A DNA stretch of 64,000 nt from Rhizobiaceae bacterium (GTDB lineage Bacteria > Pseudomonadota > Alphaproteobacteria > Rhizobiales > Rhizobiaceae), in contig CBDFKB010000006.1 of NCBI GenBank assembly GCA_965248715.1, forward strand, positions 87,871 to 151,870, given 5' to 3'. A program made the position numbers and the translations under genes. The notes beneath the pieces are model-generated. The model was given only the letters and a program-made list of their open reading frames with translations. It made no database searches and was not told the origin of the DNA. Positions 44,001-53,168 of the stretch are shown piece by piece. How positions within the stretch are numbered: the stretch's first letter is position 1; each line of letters begins with the position of its first letter.

Positions 44001-46799
44001 CTACTCGGCCGCCTGACGCGCTGGCACCTGCTCTACCCGTGCAGCACAATATTTGAACTCGGGTATTTTGCCGAAAGGATCAAGCTTGGGGTTGGTCAGT
44101 CGGTTGGCAGGAGCTTCATTAAAGCAAAATGGCACGAACACCATATTCTCGGCAACGTCGCGGTCTTCGCGCAGCACCGCATCGATCGCGCCACGGCGGG
44201 TGGTAACGCGCACCATCTGCCCGGCGGTAAAACCGTGCCTGTGTATGTCACGGCCATTCATCGCGGCAATGCCTTCCGGCTCGATTTCATCGAGCACAGC
44301 CGACCGGCGGGTCATGGCGCCGGTATGCCAATGTTCCAGCAACCTGCCGGTGGTCAAGACCAGCGGGTATTCCTGGTCCGGCACTTCATCTGGCGCCAAC
44401 AGATCGGCCGGCACGATTTTGCCGCGGCCGTCAGCGGTCGGAAACCCTTCACGAAAGATGATGGCATTGCCGGGCTTGTCCGGCGCATCTGCCGGGTAAG
44501 TTACCGATCCTTCCTTTTCCAAACGCTGCCAGTCGATATTGTTGAGGGATGGCATCACCTGCTGCATTTCGCGGTAGATGTCGCTTGGGTCCTGATAGTC
44601 CCACCCAAGGCCGAGGCCGTTGGCGATTTCCATCACCAATTGCCAATCCTGGCGCGCCTCGCCCGGTGGTGAAATCGCCGGCCGGCCGAGCTGCACCTGA
44701 CGGTTGGTGTTGGTGTAGGTGCCGGATTTTTCCGCATGGGCGGAGGCTGGAAACACCACGTCGGCATGCCAGGCGGTTTCGGTCAGGAAAATATCCTGCA
44801 CCACCAAATGGTCAAGTTTGGCCAGCGCGGCGCGAGCGTGGATCTGGTCCGGGTCCGACATCGCCGGGTTTTCGCCTAGAATATACATGCCGGTAATCTG
44901 GCCGTCATGGATCGCATCGATGATTTCGACCACGGTTAGCCCGCGTTTGGGATCAAGGGTGCGGCCCCACAGATCGACATAGCCGTCGCGGATGTCTGCG
45001 CTCTCGACCGATTTATAATCAGGGAAAAACATCGGGATCAGGCCGGCGTCGGAGGCGCCCTGGACATTGTTTTGCCCGCGCAGCGGATGCAGGCCGGTTC
45101 CATCGCGGCCGACCTGGCCGGTAATCAGCGCCAGCGCGATCAAACATCGGGCATTGTCGGTGCCGTGGGTGTGCTGGGAGATACCCATGCCCCAAAAGAT
45201 GATCGAGCGTTCCGAGGTCGCGTAGATGCGCGCCACCTCACGGATAATATCGCCATTAATGCCGCATACCGGCGCCATCGCTTCCGGCGAAAATTCAACC
45301 ACCTTTTCCTTCAGCGCTGCAAATCCGGAGACATTGGCCTGAATATATTGCTGATCGTAAAGTTCTTCCGCAATGATGACGTGCAGCATCGCATTTAACA
45401 AGGCAACGTCGCTACCGGGGGTAAAGCGCAGCGCATAGTCGGCATGGCGCATCAATTCCTGGCCGCGTGGGTCCATGACGATCAATTTAGCGCCGCGCTT
45501 GACAGCTTGTTTGAGATAGGTGGCCGCAACCGGATGATTTTGCGATGGCCGGGCGCCGATGACGATGATGCAATCGGCTTTGTCGGCGGCGGTAAACGGT
45601 GCCGAGACCGCACCTGAACCGATGCCTTCCAACAAGGCGGCAACCGATGAGGCATGGCACAGTCTTGTGCAGTGATCGACATTGTTGGTGCCAAAACCCT
45701 GGCGCACCAGTTTCTGGAATAAATAGGCCTCCTCGTTGGTGCACTTGGCGGAACCGAAACCGGCCAGCGCAGCACTTCCCTTTCCCTCCAGGATCGATTT
45801 GAACCCGCTAACCGCACGTTCAATCGCCTCGGCCCAACTGGCCTCGCGGAAATAGTTGGAAACATCATCTCGGCCAATCGCGACATCACCGCGTTTGGGC
45901 GCGTCGTGGCGCCGGATCAACGGCTTGGTCAAACGGTCGCGGTGGCGCACATAGTCAAAACCGAACCGGCCCTTGACGCAGAGCCGGTTTTCATTGGCCG
46001 GCCCGTCGCGCCCGTCGACCTGCACGATCACGTCATCCTTGACATAGACTTTGGTTAGACAGCCAACGCCGCAAAATGGGCACAAGCTATCGACTACATC
46101 GTCGAAATCAGTCACCGCGCGGGTTTTGAATTCCGCATCCATCAAGGCCTTTTCATAAAGCGCCCCGGTCGGGCAGGCCTGAACGCACTCGCCGCAGGTA
46201 ACGCAGGTCGAATGCCCCATCGGATCAGCCAGATCGAACACCGGCACCGAGCCCGCACCGCGTCCCGCCATGCCGATCACATCGTTGACCTGCACCTCGC
46301 GGCAAGCCCGCACACAGGCGCCACAAGCGATGCAGGCATCGAAATTGACCGCGATCGCCGGATTGGTGATGTCAAACCCGCAATCGGCTTGTGAAGCGGC
46401 AAATTTGGAGCCAAAGCATTCGCTGCCAGCAATCCCCATTTCGCCGGCCCAGTGCCAAAATTGCGACTGGTCGTCCGGGCTTTCCTTGGGTGCAGGCATA
46501 TCGGCGGCCAATAGTTCGAACACCATTTCGCGCGACTTTGCCGCCCGCTCGCTGGCGGTCTTGACCTTCATGCCGTCGGTGACCTTGCGCACGCAGGAAG
46601 CGGCCAGCACCCGCTCGCCTTCGATTTCGACCATGCAGGCGCGGCAATTGCCATCTGGCCGGTATCCGGGCGCATCGAGATGACACAGATGGGGTATCGA
46701 CGTTCCCTCACGCTTGGCGACCGACCAGATGGTCTCACCTTCGCTGGCCAGCACATTTCTGCCGTCGAGCGTGAACCTGATTGATTGGTCGTCGTTCAT
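44001..46799 (-). CDS. fdsA: NAD-dependent formate dehydrogenase alpha subunit
   Basis: NuoG-like N-terminal 2Fe-2S/4Fe-4S domains, then a molybdopterin oxidoreductase body. I prefer the ATG at 46799, with GAGGA 9 nt upstream. Confidence 0.9.
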   Translation of the reverse strand: MNDDQSIRFTLDGRNVLASEGETIWSVAKREGTSIPHLCHLDAPGYRPDGNCRACMVEIEGERVLAASCVRKVTDGMKVKTASERAAKSREMVFELLAADMPAPKESPDDQSQFWHWAGEMGIAGSECFGSKFAASQADCGFDITNPAIAVNFDACIACGACVRACREVQVNDVIGMAGRGAGSVPVFDLADPMGHSTCVTCGECVQACPTGALYEKALMDAEFKTRAVTDFDDVVDSLCPFCGVGCLTKVYVKDDVIVQVDGRDGPANENRLCVKGRFGFDYVRHRDRLTKPLIRRHDAPKRGDVAIGRDDVSNYFREASWAEAIERAVSGFKSILEGKGSAALAGFGSAKCTNEEAYLFQKLVRQGFGTNNVDHCTRLCHASSVAALLEGIGSGAVSAPFTAADKADCIIVIGARPSQNHPVAATYLKQAVKRGAKLIVMDPRGQELMRHADYALRFTPGSDVALLNAMLHVIIAEELYDQQYIQANVSGFAALKEKVVEFSPEAMAPVCGINGDIIREVARIYATSERSIIFWGMGISQHTHGTDNARCLIALALITGQVGRDGTGLHPLRGQNNVQGASDAGLIPMFFPDYKSVESADIRDGYVDLWGRTLDPKRGLTVVEIIDAIHDGQITGMYILGENPAMSDPDQIHARAALAKLDHLVVQDIFLTETAWHADVVFPASAHAEKSGTYTNTNRQVQLGRPAISPPGEARQDWQLVMEIANGLGLGWDYQDPSDIYREMQQVMPSLNNIDWQRLEKEGSVTYPADAPDKPGNAIIFREGFPTADGRGKIVPADLLAPDEVPDQEYPLVLTTGRLLEHWHTGAMTRRSAVLDEIEPEGIAAMNGRDIHRHGFTAGQMVRVTTRRGAIDAVLREDRDVAENMVFVPFCFNEAPANRLTNPKLDPFGKIPEFKYCAARVEQVPARQAAE

Positions 46800-46815
46800 C
46801 TTGTCAGTTCCTCGG

Positions 46816-47103
46816 TCAGCATCCCTCGACAATGAGGAATTTCCCCACCGCCGCTTCTTGTCTGATTTTCATTGCCGCCTGGTATTCTGGCGAATGGTAC
46901 CAATCGTGCGCTGCCTGGCGGTTGGGAAATTCGATCACCACCACACGAATGCCGTCGATATAATTTTCCAACACTTCCAGTTCACCGCCACGGGCGAGAT
47001 ATTTGCCGCCGAATTTATCGGTAATGGGGCCAGCAAGCGCTGCATATTCCTTGAAGCGATCTAGGTCAGTAACGTCGACCTGGGCGATCATGTAAGCGGT
47101 CAT
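46816..47103 (-). CDS. DUF1330 domain protein
   Basis: MTAYMIAQVDVTDLDRFKEYA...VVVIEFPNRQAAHDWYHSPEYQ is the typical DUF1330 sequence. Confidence 0.85.
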   Translation of the reverse strand: MTAYMIAQVDVTDLDRFKEYAALAGPITDKFGGKYLARGGELEVLENYIDGIRVVVIEFPNRQAAHDWYHSPEYQAAMKIRQEAAVGKFLIVEGC

Positions 47104-47107
47104 TGCC

Positions 47108-47758
47108 TCAACTCCTCTTTAGCGCCGCAAATAACAGGCCGAAGCCGAGCATACTTAGTAGCGCTCCGATTGTTGCATCGATCCGACGCTTAAACGATTG
47201 ATAAAAACGGGTCATGCCTGTTGTGGAAAATGAAAGCGCCCACGCGATATGGCCGGCGAATGACAAAAAACCATTGCCAACGACAATTGCTACCGCCACC
47301 CAAACGGGAGCATCCGGGCGGATGACCAGTGCCGCGATTGCCATCCAATGCATTGCTGCTTTGGGATTGGTCATTTGCAAGGTAAGCCCCTGGCAAAACA
47401 GCACAAAACTTGAAGCTGGAACGCGCGCTGGTGGTGCGGAGAAAGCGTTGTCATGCCACGCTGAGCGCAGATATTTGAAGGCCAGCCACAAAAGATATAG
47501 TCCGCCAACAATCTTCAGCGTGACGGCAAACCAAGCAAAACTGGCCAAAACCGCGGTCAGGCCGAACACCGCTAAAGATGCCCAGATCACTGAGCCGGTT
47601 GATATGCCACATGCGATCGCAACGCCCGTACCGCGCGAAACCCCCATGGAGGCGCCGACAATTGCCAGTATGTTCGGTCCCGGGCTAAGGAGACCAATCC
47701 CAAACGCAAAATAGGCCGTCAGCAAATAGGGACCGTATTCAAGCAATCCTGCGGTCAT
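47108..47758 (-). CDS. LysE/RhtB family amino-acid efflux translocator
   Basis: 216 aa, 6 TM, N-terminal GPN motif (GLLSPGPNILAIV). Confidence 0.85.
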   Translation of the reverse strand: MTAGLLEYGPYLLTAYFAFGIGLLSPGPNILAIVGASMGVSRGTGVAIACGISTGSVIWASLAVFGLTAVLASFAWFAVTLKIVGGLYLLWLAFKYLRSAWHDNAFSAPPARVPASSFVLFCQGLTLQMTNPKAAMHWMAIAALVIRPDAPVWVAVAIVVGNGFLSFAGHIAWALSFSTTGMTRFYQSFKRRIDATIGALLSMLGFGLLFAALKRS

Positions 47759-48036
47759 TTAAATTCCACCTCGACGAACGAATATTCGAAATCATTGGCG
47801 TTGATGACGTTATGGTGGACGCCCTTGTTGCGGAAATAGGAAACCCCCTGTTTCAGCTCCGCTAAGGTTTCGGCGCCATCCGGCGCGACGATTTTTAGGG
47901 TCCCGTCGGCGCCCGGCACCACCACATAATCATATTCGTGAATATGCACACCGGTTTCCGCACCCGGCGCAAAACGCCATTCGGTGACCCTGGTGCGTTC
48001 ATTGTCGATCTGGGTCGTGCCTGTTGCTTGTTTCAT
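47755..48036 (-). CDS. small cupin domain protein
   Basis: 93 aa. GAETGVHIHEYDYVVVP is cupin motif 1. Confidence 0.8.
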   Translation of the reverse strand: MKQATGTTQIDNERTRVTEWRFAPGAETGVHIHEYDYVVVPGADGTLKIVAPDGAETLAELKQGVSYFRNKGVHHNVINANDFEYSFVEVEFK

Positions 48037-48067
48037 TTGCCTCTCCTCACGCGGATAAAAATTGCCG

Positions 48068-49774
48068 CTATAAATCTTCCCTAAAATGCACCAGCAGATG
48101 GTTGACCGGATTGGGCGCCGCCTGGCCGAGGCCGCAAATCGACGCGTCGCGCATCACGGTTTCCAGATCGCGGATCGCGGTCTCATCGAGAGGCTCGCCG
48201 CTTGCCAACATGGTGAGCATTTTTTCCGTGCCGCCACGGCACGGGGTGCACTGACCGCAGCTTTCATGTTTGAAGAACCGCAACAAATTGAGCGTTACCG
48301 CCTTAATGCTGTCCTGGTCGGACAGGATCACAATCGCATGGCTGCCAACAAATGCATCGAACTCGGCCAGCCGGCCGCCGAAATCAAGCGGGATATCGTC
48401 AAGATGGGCCGGCAGAATGCCACCGGAAGCGCCACCGGGCAGATAGGCCTTAAATTCGTGCCCCTCAACCATGCCGCCGCAATAGTCATCGATCAGTTCA
48501 CGAACCGTAATGCCAGCCGGCGCCAGTTTGACACCCGGATCGTTTACCCGGCCCGATACTGACCAGGAACGCACCCCCGGGTGGCCATCGCGCCCCTTGG
48601 CGGCGAACCATTCCGGCCCGTTTTCGACGATATCGCGCAGCCACCACAGGGTCTCCACATTGTGGTTGAGGGTCGGTTTTGCGAACAGGCCAACCTCGGC
48701 AATATATGGCGGGCGATGGCGCGGCATGCCGCGCTTGCCCTCGATCGATTCCAGCATCGCGCTTTCCTCGCCGCAAATATAGGCCCCGGCGCCGCGTCTT
48801 AGTTCGATATAGCCCGGTGCAATCGTGCCCTGCGCTTCGAGCGCGGCAATCTCGCGCCTAAGGATTTCCAGCACCGCCGGATATTCGCCGCGCATATACA
48901 AATAGATCCGCTCCGCCTCCACCACATGGGCGGCGATCAACGCACCTTCGAACATGCGGTGCGGGTCGGATTCCAGGAAATAGCGATCCTTGAACGTGCC
49001 AGGTTCCCCCTCGTCGCCATTGACGGTCATCAGCCGTGGCCCGGTGAAACCACGCACAATCTTCCATTTGCTGCCGGCGGGAAACCCGGCCCCGCCCAAT
49101 CCGCGCAGCCCGGCATCGCCCACCATGGTGATCAGCTGATTGGCAGAATGGGCACCGGCCCGCACCTTCATCAGCGCGTCGTAGCCGCCATCGGCCAGAT
49201 AGGTTTCAAGATCGATATAAACCGGAACTTCAGTTTCGAGATCGCCAGCGCTTATCAGTTCGCCAATGCCGCCGGCCGTAGCGTGGTCGATCTCGCGGTT
49301 GCCCGCCCGTGCCGCCGGTGCGGTGGCGCAACGCCCCATGCAAGGCGCGCGCACGATGCGAACCTTTTGTGGGTCGTTACCGGCTTCCAGTTCGCCGATC
49401 AATGTCTCGGCGCCGGCCAGCATGCAGGAAAGGGAATCGCACACGCGCACCGTCACTGGCGGCGGCGGTGCCTCGCCCTCTTTGACGATATCGAAATGGT
49501 CGTAGAACGACGCCACCTCATAGATTTCCGCCTGAGACAGGCGCATCTCAAACGCCAGCGCGCGCAAATGGCGAGCGCTCAAATGTCCGCATCGGTCTTG
49601 AATTTTGTGCAAATGCTCGATCAATAAATCGCGGTCACCGGGCGCTGCACCAAGCATGGCCTGAACCTCCACAAGTGCCGCTTCATCAAGCTGGCGGCCC
49701 TTCACCTTGTGGGTATTGCGCCCCTTGCGCATCGGATTACCGGCCGTTTCTGCGGCCATATGCTTTGCGGACAT
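48068..49774 (-). CDS. fdsB: NAD-dependent formate dehydrogenase beta subunit with fused gamma (NuoE-like + NuoF-like)
   Basis: 568 aa. N-terminal NuoE-like region, then GLRGLGGAGFPAGSKW (FMN/NADH site) and C-terminal ESCGQCTPCR 4Fe-4S motif. Confidence 0.9.
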   Translation of the reverse strand: MSAKHMAAETAGNPMRKGRNTHKVKGRQLDEAALVEVQAMLGAAPGDRDLLIEHLHKIQDRCGHLSARHLRALAFEMRLSQAEIYEVASFYDHFDIVKEGEAPPPPVTVRVCDSLSCMLAGAETLIGELEAGNDPQKVRIVRAPCMGRCATAPAARAGNREIDHATAGGIGELISAGDLETEVPVYIDLETYLADGGYDALMKVRAGAHSANQLITMVGDAGLRGLGGAGFPAGSKWKIVRGFTGPRLMTVNGDEGEPGTFKDRYFLESDPHRMFEGALIAAHVVEAERIYLYMRGEYPAVLEILRREIAALEAQGTIAPGYIELRRGAGAYICGEESAMLESIEGKRGMPRHRPPYIAEVGLFAKPTLNHNVETLWWLRDIVENGPEWFAAKGRDGHPGVRSWSVSGRVNDPGVKLAPAGITVRELIDDYCGGMVEGHEFKAYLPGGASGGILPAHLDDIPLDFGGRLAEFDAFVGSHAIVILSDQDSIKAVTLNLLRFFKHESCGQCTPCRGGTEKMLTMLASGEPLDETAIRDLETVMRDASICGLGQAAPNPVNHLLVHFREDL

Positions 49775-50068
49775 GAGGTTGAGCTGTTCCTATCTCGTCG
49801 CCGACCGACCCATTGTCGCGGCTGTTCGAAAAATGACCAGCGACGACTGCATGCGGCTTACGGTTTGCACATGCGGCACCCAAGATGCCGGCCACCAACC
49901 CGGGAACCCTGTCCGGACACCCCTTCCTAATGACACATTGGGCGAGCATCAAGCCCCGATAGCACTGGTTGACCCATCTTGTTGGGTGTTGAGCACTCGA
50001 ATTTCCTCGACAATTACATAAAGAAATGCTTATATGATTATATTCACTCTAATTATGGAATTTGAACC

Positions 50069-51082
50069 ATGGCACGCGACAATCCCCTCGCCGAGCTGCT
50101 GATCGAAAGAGGCGTGCTGTTGGCTGACGGCGCCACCGGCACCAACTTGTTCGCGCTCGGCCTTACCTCGGGTGACGCGCCTGAATTGTGGAATGTCGAC
50201 AATCCCGACAAGGTTAGGCAATTGCATCGCGGATTTGTTGACGCCGGGGCCGACATCATTCTCACCAATTCCTTCGGTGGCACCCGCCACCGCTTAAAAC
50301 TACACCAGGCCGACCACCGGGTACATGAATTAAACCGCCACGCCGCCCTGCTGGCTCGCGAGGTCGCTGCAACCGCTAATCGGCGTGTAATCGTTGCCGG
50401 ATCGGTTGGCCCGACTGGCGAATTGATGGTGCCGCTTGGCGAATTGACCCCCGAACAGGCCGAGATTTCCTTTGGCGAACAGATCGACGGCTTAATCGAC
50501 GGCGGCGCCGATGTGATCTGGATCGAAACCATGTCAGCGGCCGAAGAAATGCGCGCCGCGGCCAATGCAGCGGCATCGCGCGGCATGCCCTACACCTTGA
50601 CCGCATCGTTTGACACTGCGGGACGCACCATGATGGGCCTGGCGCCAAGTGATATTCATGGGGTGTTACCGGGTGGTGAAAACGGCCCAACCGCGGTCGG
50701 CGCCAATTGCGGGGTTGGCGCGTCCGATCTGCTGGCGTCCCTGCTCGACATGACGGAAGCAAATGCCAGCGCAACCTTCATCGCCAAGGCCAATTGCGGC
50801 ATCCCGCAAATTCGCGGCGATAAGGTGGAATATACCGGCACGCCCGACTTGATGGCGAATTACGTGCACCTAGCGGTGGACGCCGGTGCCAGCATTATCG
50901 GCGGCTGCTGCGGTACTTCTTGCGATCATTTGGCGGCGATGCGCGATGCGCTAGACAATCATGTACGCGGACCACGGCCCAATATCGAGCAGATTACAGC
51001 GGGTATCGGCGATCTCGTCAATAAGACCGCTGCTGCTAATGATGACGCGCCAAAACGGCAGCGCCGCCGCCGGCGGGGGTAG
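50069..51082 (+). CDS. homocysteine S-methyltransferase domain protein (MetH N-terminal module / BhmT-like)
   Basis: LLADGATGTNLF, ILTNSFGG, GANCG and GGCCGTS zinc-ligand cysteines. Confidence 0.85.
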   Translation: MARDNPLAELLIERGVLLADGATGTNLFALGLTSGDAPELWNVDNPDKVRQLHRGFVDAGADIILTNSFGGTRHRLKLHQADHRVHELNRHAALLAREVAATANRRVIVAGSVGPTGELMVPLGELTPEQAEISFGEQIDGLIDGGADVIWIETMSAAEEMRAAANAAASRGMPYTLTASFDTAGRTMMGLAPSDIHGVLPGGENGPTAVGANCGVGASDLLASLLDMTEANASATFIAKANCGIPQIRGDKVEYTGTPDLMANYVHLAVDAGASIIGGCCGTSCDHLAAMRDALDNHVRGPRPNIEQITAGIGDLVNKTAAANDDAPKRQRRRRRG

Positions 51083-51118
51083 AACTTCGGGTCAAGACCC
51101 TAAACTTGGGAACACCGG

Positions 51119-51625
51119 CTAGGCAGATTTTTGTTCGGAGTGATTGTCCGGGGCGTGGCCGTTTATGCGGCCTTCCAAAATCCGTCGTTTGAAACCAGAT
51201 AGCAATACTGAAGCAGCCTTCGTTGCCAGTTGATTTTCAGTGTCGCAACGGACATCTGGCTCGCCTACGGCTTTCGGCCACACTTTAGCAAGATCGTATC
51301 CCACCATATCGAACTCATCATAATCGACAAAGCGGCCCGAAGACCGATCCAGGGCATACAAGCAAAGCGCTTCAGACAATAATTTTCTGCCTGCTGCACT
51401 ACGCGCTACACGTTTTGCCTTTTCCATGGAATCAGAATGGAAACTTCGAAACCGCGCCCGCCATTCGGACACGGCATCATCTAGTTCCGGTGGATTAGAA
51501 AATGCGACACTCAACGTACTAACCTCTGGCTGACGTACTCTAGTGCGATTTTTGCGTGCTGACGAGTCCTGATCCTGCTGCCTGGGCAAAATCACGCTAG
51601 TTTCTCTGCCGCTAATATTAGTCAT
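51119..51625 (-). CDS. hypothetical protein (second gene of the low-GC islet)
   Basis: 168-aa ORF. Its start overlaps the upstream ORF stop by 8 bp (ATGACTAA). I recognise no family. Confidence 0.5.
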   Translation of the reverse strand: MTNISGRETSVILPRQQDQDSSARKNRTRVRQPEVSTLSVAFSNPPELDDAVSEWRARFRSFHSDSMEKAKRVARSAAGRKLLSEALCLYALDRSSGRFVDYDEFDMVGYDLAKVWPKAVGEPDVRCDTENQLATKAASVLLSGFKRRILEGRINGHAPDNHSEQKSA

Positions 51626-52256
51626 AGAAGGTTATCCTCGTGTTAATGCCGTATTTCTCCAACTCCTTTGCAACATTCACCAAATTTTCGCGTTTCCGGC
51701 CCGGCACACGTCCATATCTTCCCGATTTATTGTTTAGCTCCCATTGGTACGAATCTTCGAATTCTCGAAGTACTAGCTCGCCGGAGATACGCCCTTTGCC
51801 ACATTTTACCATTGAAGGATGGCCCAACTTGAAGTCCGATTTCTGATTGTGCCTATTGTACAGCACAAGCGGACCTTCTTCCCTGCGGCCAGCCGGCCAG
51901 TCAACCACTTCTTCCAGGCAGGTCAACACTTCACCCTGCTGTGAGACAGTGAACAGTATCGTCGCCTGAAAGCATATTCTTGTGTAATAATCATTGGATA
52001 GGTCGTGCGAGATCAACTGGCTGATTTGTGAACCTGACTGGTTGAGGTTAGAAAGCGTTAGAGGTGAAAACTTCTTTTCCCACTCTTCGAAGCCATACAA
52101 TCTCCGCCACTGGCTTCCGACCAGACTCCGCACCGGCTCACGTGCTTTGCCGAACAATTCGTCCAAATCGGTCAATTCCAGCCCCGAATCAATCTGCCGT
52201 AATAATGATTCGGTAACACGAACAAGTATTTCCAGCAAACACCTGAATTTAAGCAA
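51618..52256 (-). CDS. hypothetical protein (first gene of the low-GC islet; start unresolved)
   Basis: Open frame 51618-52394, but the first 106 nt overlap the upstream ferredoxin-like gene. There is no ATG and no convincing SD between 52289 and the late internal ATG at codon 194 (HPSM). TTG at 52256 or 52238 is possible. The C-terminal region GKGRISGELVLREFEDSYQWELNNKSGRYGRVPGRKRENL looks like a compact basic domain. Confidence 0.45.
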   Translation of the reverse strand: MLKFRCLLEILVRVTESLLRQIDSGLELTDLDELFGKAREPVRSLVGSQWRRLYGFEEWEKKFSPLTLSNLNQSGSQISQLISHDLSNDYYTRICFQATILFTVSQQGEVLTCLEEVVDWPAGRREEGPLVLYNRHNQKSDFKLGHPSMVKCGKGRISGELVLREFEDSYQWELNNKSGRYGRVPGRKRENLVNVAKELEKYGINTRITFYD

Positions 52257-52288
52257 GATTGAGGTTGAGCAGGTGTTCGCAAAATTTG

Positions 52289-52975
52289 CTATCCGACAAA
52301 AGCATCCATATGAAACCCTATTTGTTCTTGGATATACCGGTGATTGGTGCCGATTGGGCAGGCATCGCGCGCGCGGCATCCTAATGTTGCGCATACCGGT
52401 TCACTGCCACCTGCGATCCATTGCCGACATGCCGGCACATCATATCCCAGTTCAGAAAATGCATGGACCGGGCAAGCCGTAAGGCACGGTTTTTCGGCGC
52501 AGGTCATACATGGATGTGCGCTTTTGGGCCGGCGCACCGGCGGTTCCGCATCGCTAAACACCAGGACCGCGCGAAACCCCAGCCATAGCCCATAACGCGG
52601 GTGAATGAGGATACCGAGTGGCGAAGGTTGGATGCCGCTTGCCCGCATTGCCCAACGCTGAAACGGCCTGATCGGTTTGCCAAACGGATAGAGCGCGATG
52701 GCACCATATTTGTTGGCGATTTCATCGATTGTCCGGCTGGTCCAGCGGTTCAAGGGGTCGCTTTGGCGGTCGGCAAATTCAGCCGATGCGCGAAAGATCG
52801 GCCATAGTTCGCCGCCGACATTGGCGATCAACAGCGCGGAACGGCCGGCCATTTCCCGATCCTGTTGCCGGTCAAAATCACCCGCTTCGGTTAAAAACCA
52901 ACCCAACGTGCGCAGGCCGGCCCGCTCCAGCGTGTCTTCCAACCGAACTTCGATTTTCATTGCAGAACGGGTCAT
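52289..52975 (-). CDS. 4Fe-4S ferredoxin-type protein (QueG/reductive-dehalogenase-like fold), partner of the MttB homologue
   Basis: CMTCAEKPCLTACP cluster motif plus a second Cys group (CRQW...CATLGCRARDACP). Confidence 0.6.
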   Translation of the reverse strand: MTRSAMKIEVRLEDTLERAGLRTLGWFLTEAGDFDRQQDREMAGRSALLIANVGGELWPIFRASAEFADRQSDPLNRWTSRTIDEIANKYGAIALYPFGKPIRPFQRWAMRASGIQPSPLGILIHPRYGLWLGFRAVLVFSDAEPPVRRPKSAHPCMTCAEKPCLTACPVHAFSELGYDVPACRQWIAGGSEPVCATLGCRARDACPIGTNHRYIQEQIGFHMDAFVG

Positions 52976-53168
52976 TTCTTACCAATTACGGCCTTACCAA
53001 CTACCACCTTGCTAACTACGAGCCTTAGGCCGTGGGCCTTACCGATCACCGGCGGCACAAGCCCCAGACGCCTCAAGCGCTTACTCAAAGGTTCAGTCGC
53101 CACACATCCTTCATGATGATATCGTGGATCTTTTCCTGGCTGCGAATTTCGGCTGCCAACGGCCCCCT

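Noticed and set aside
44001-46799. Selenocysteine (in-frame TGA) in formate dehydrogenase alpha
   Set aside because: The ORF is continuous with no internal TGA. NAD-dependent Fds-type enzymes use Cys.
49775-50068. Riboswitch (SAM-II/SAM-V, cobalamin or Moco) in the fdsB / Hcy-methyltransferase divergent region
   Set aside because: I looked on both strands for the B12 box, the SAM-II pseudoknot core and the Moco motif signature and could not convincingly match any. An Infernal/Rfam scan would be needed.
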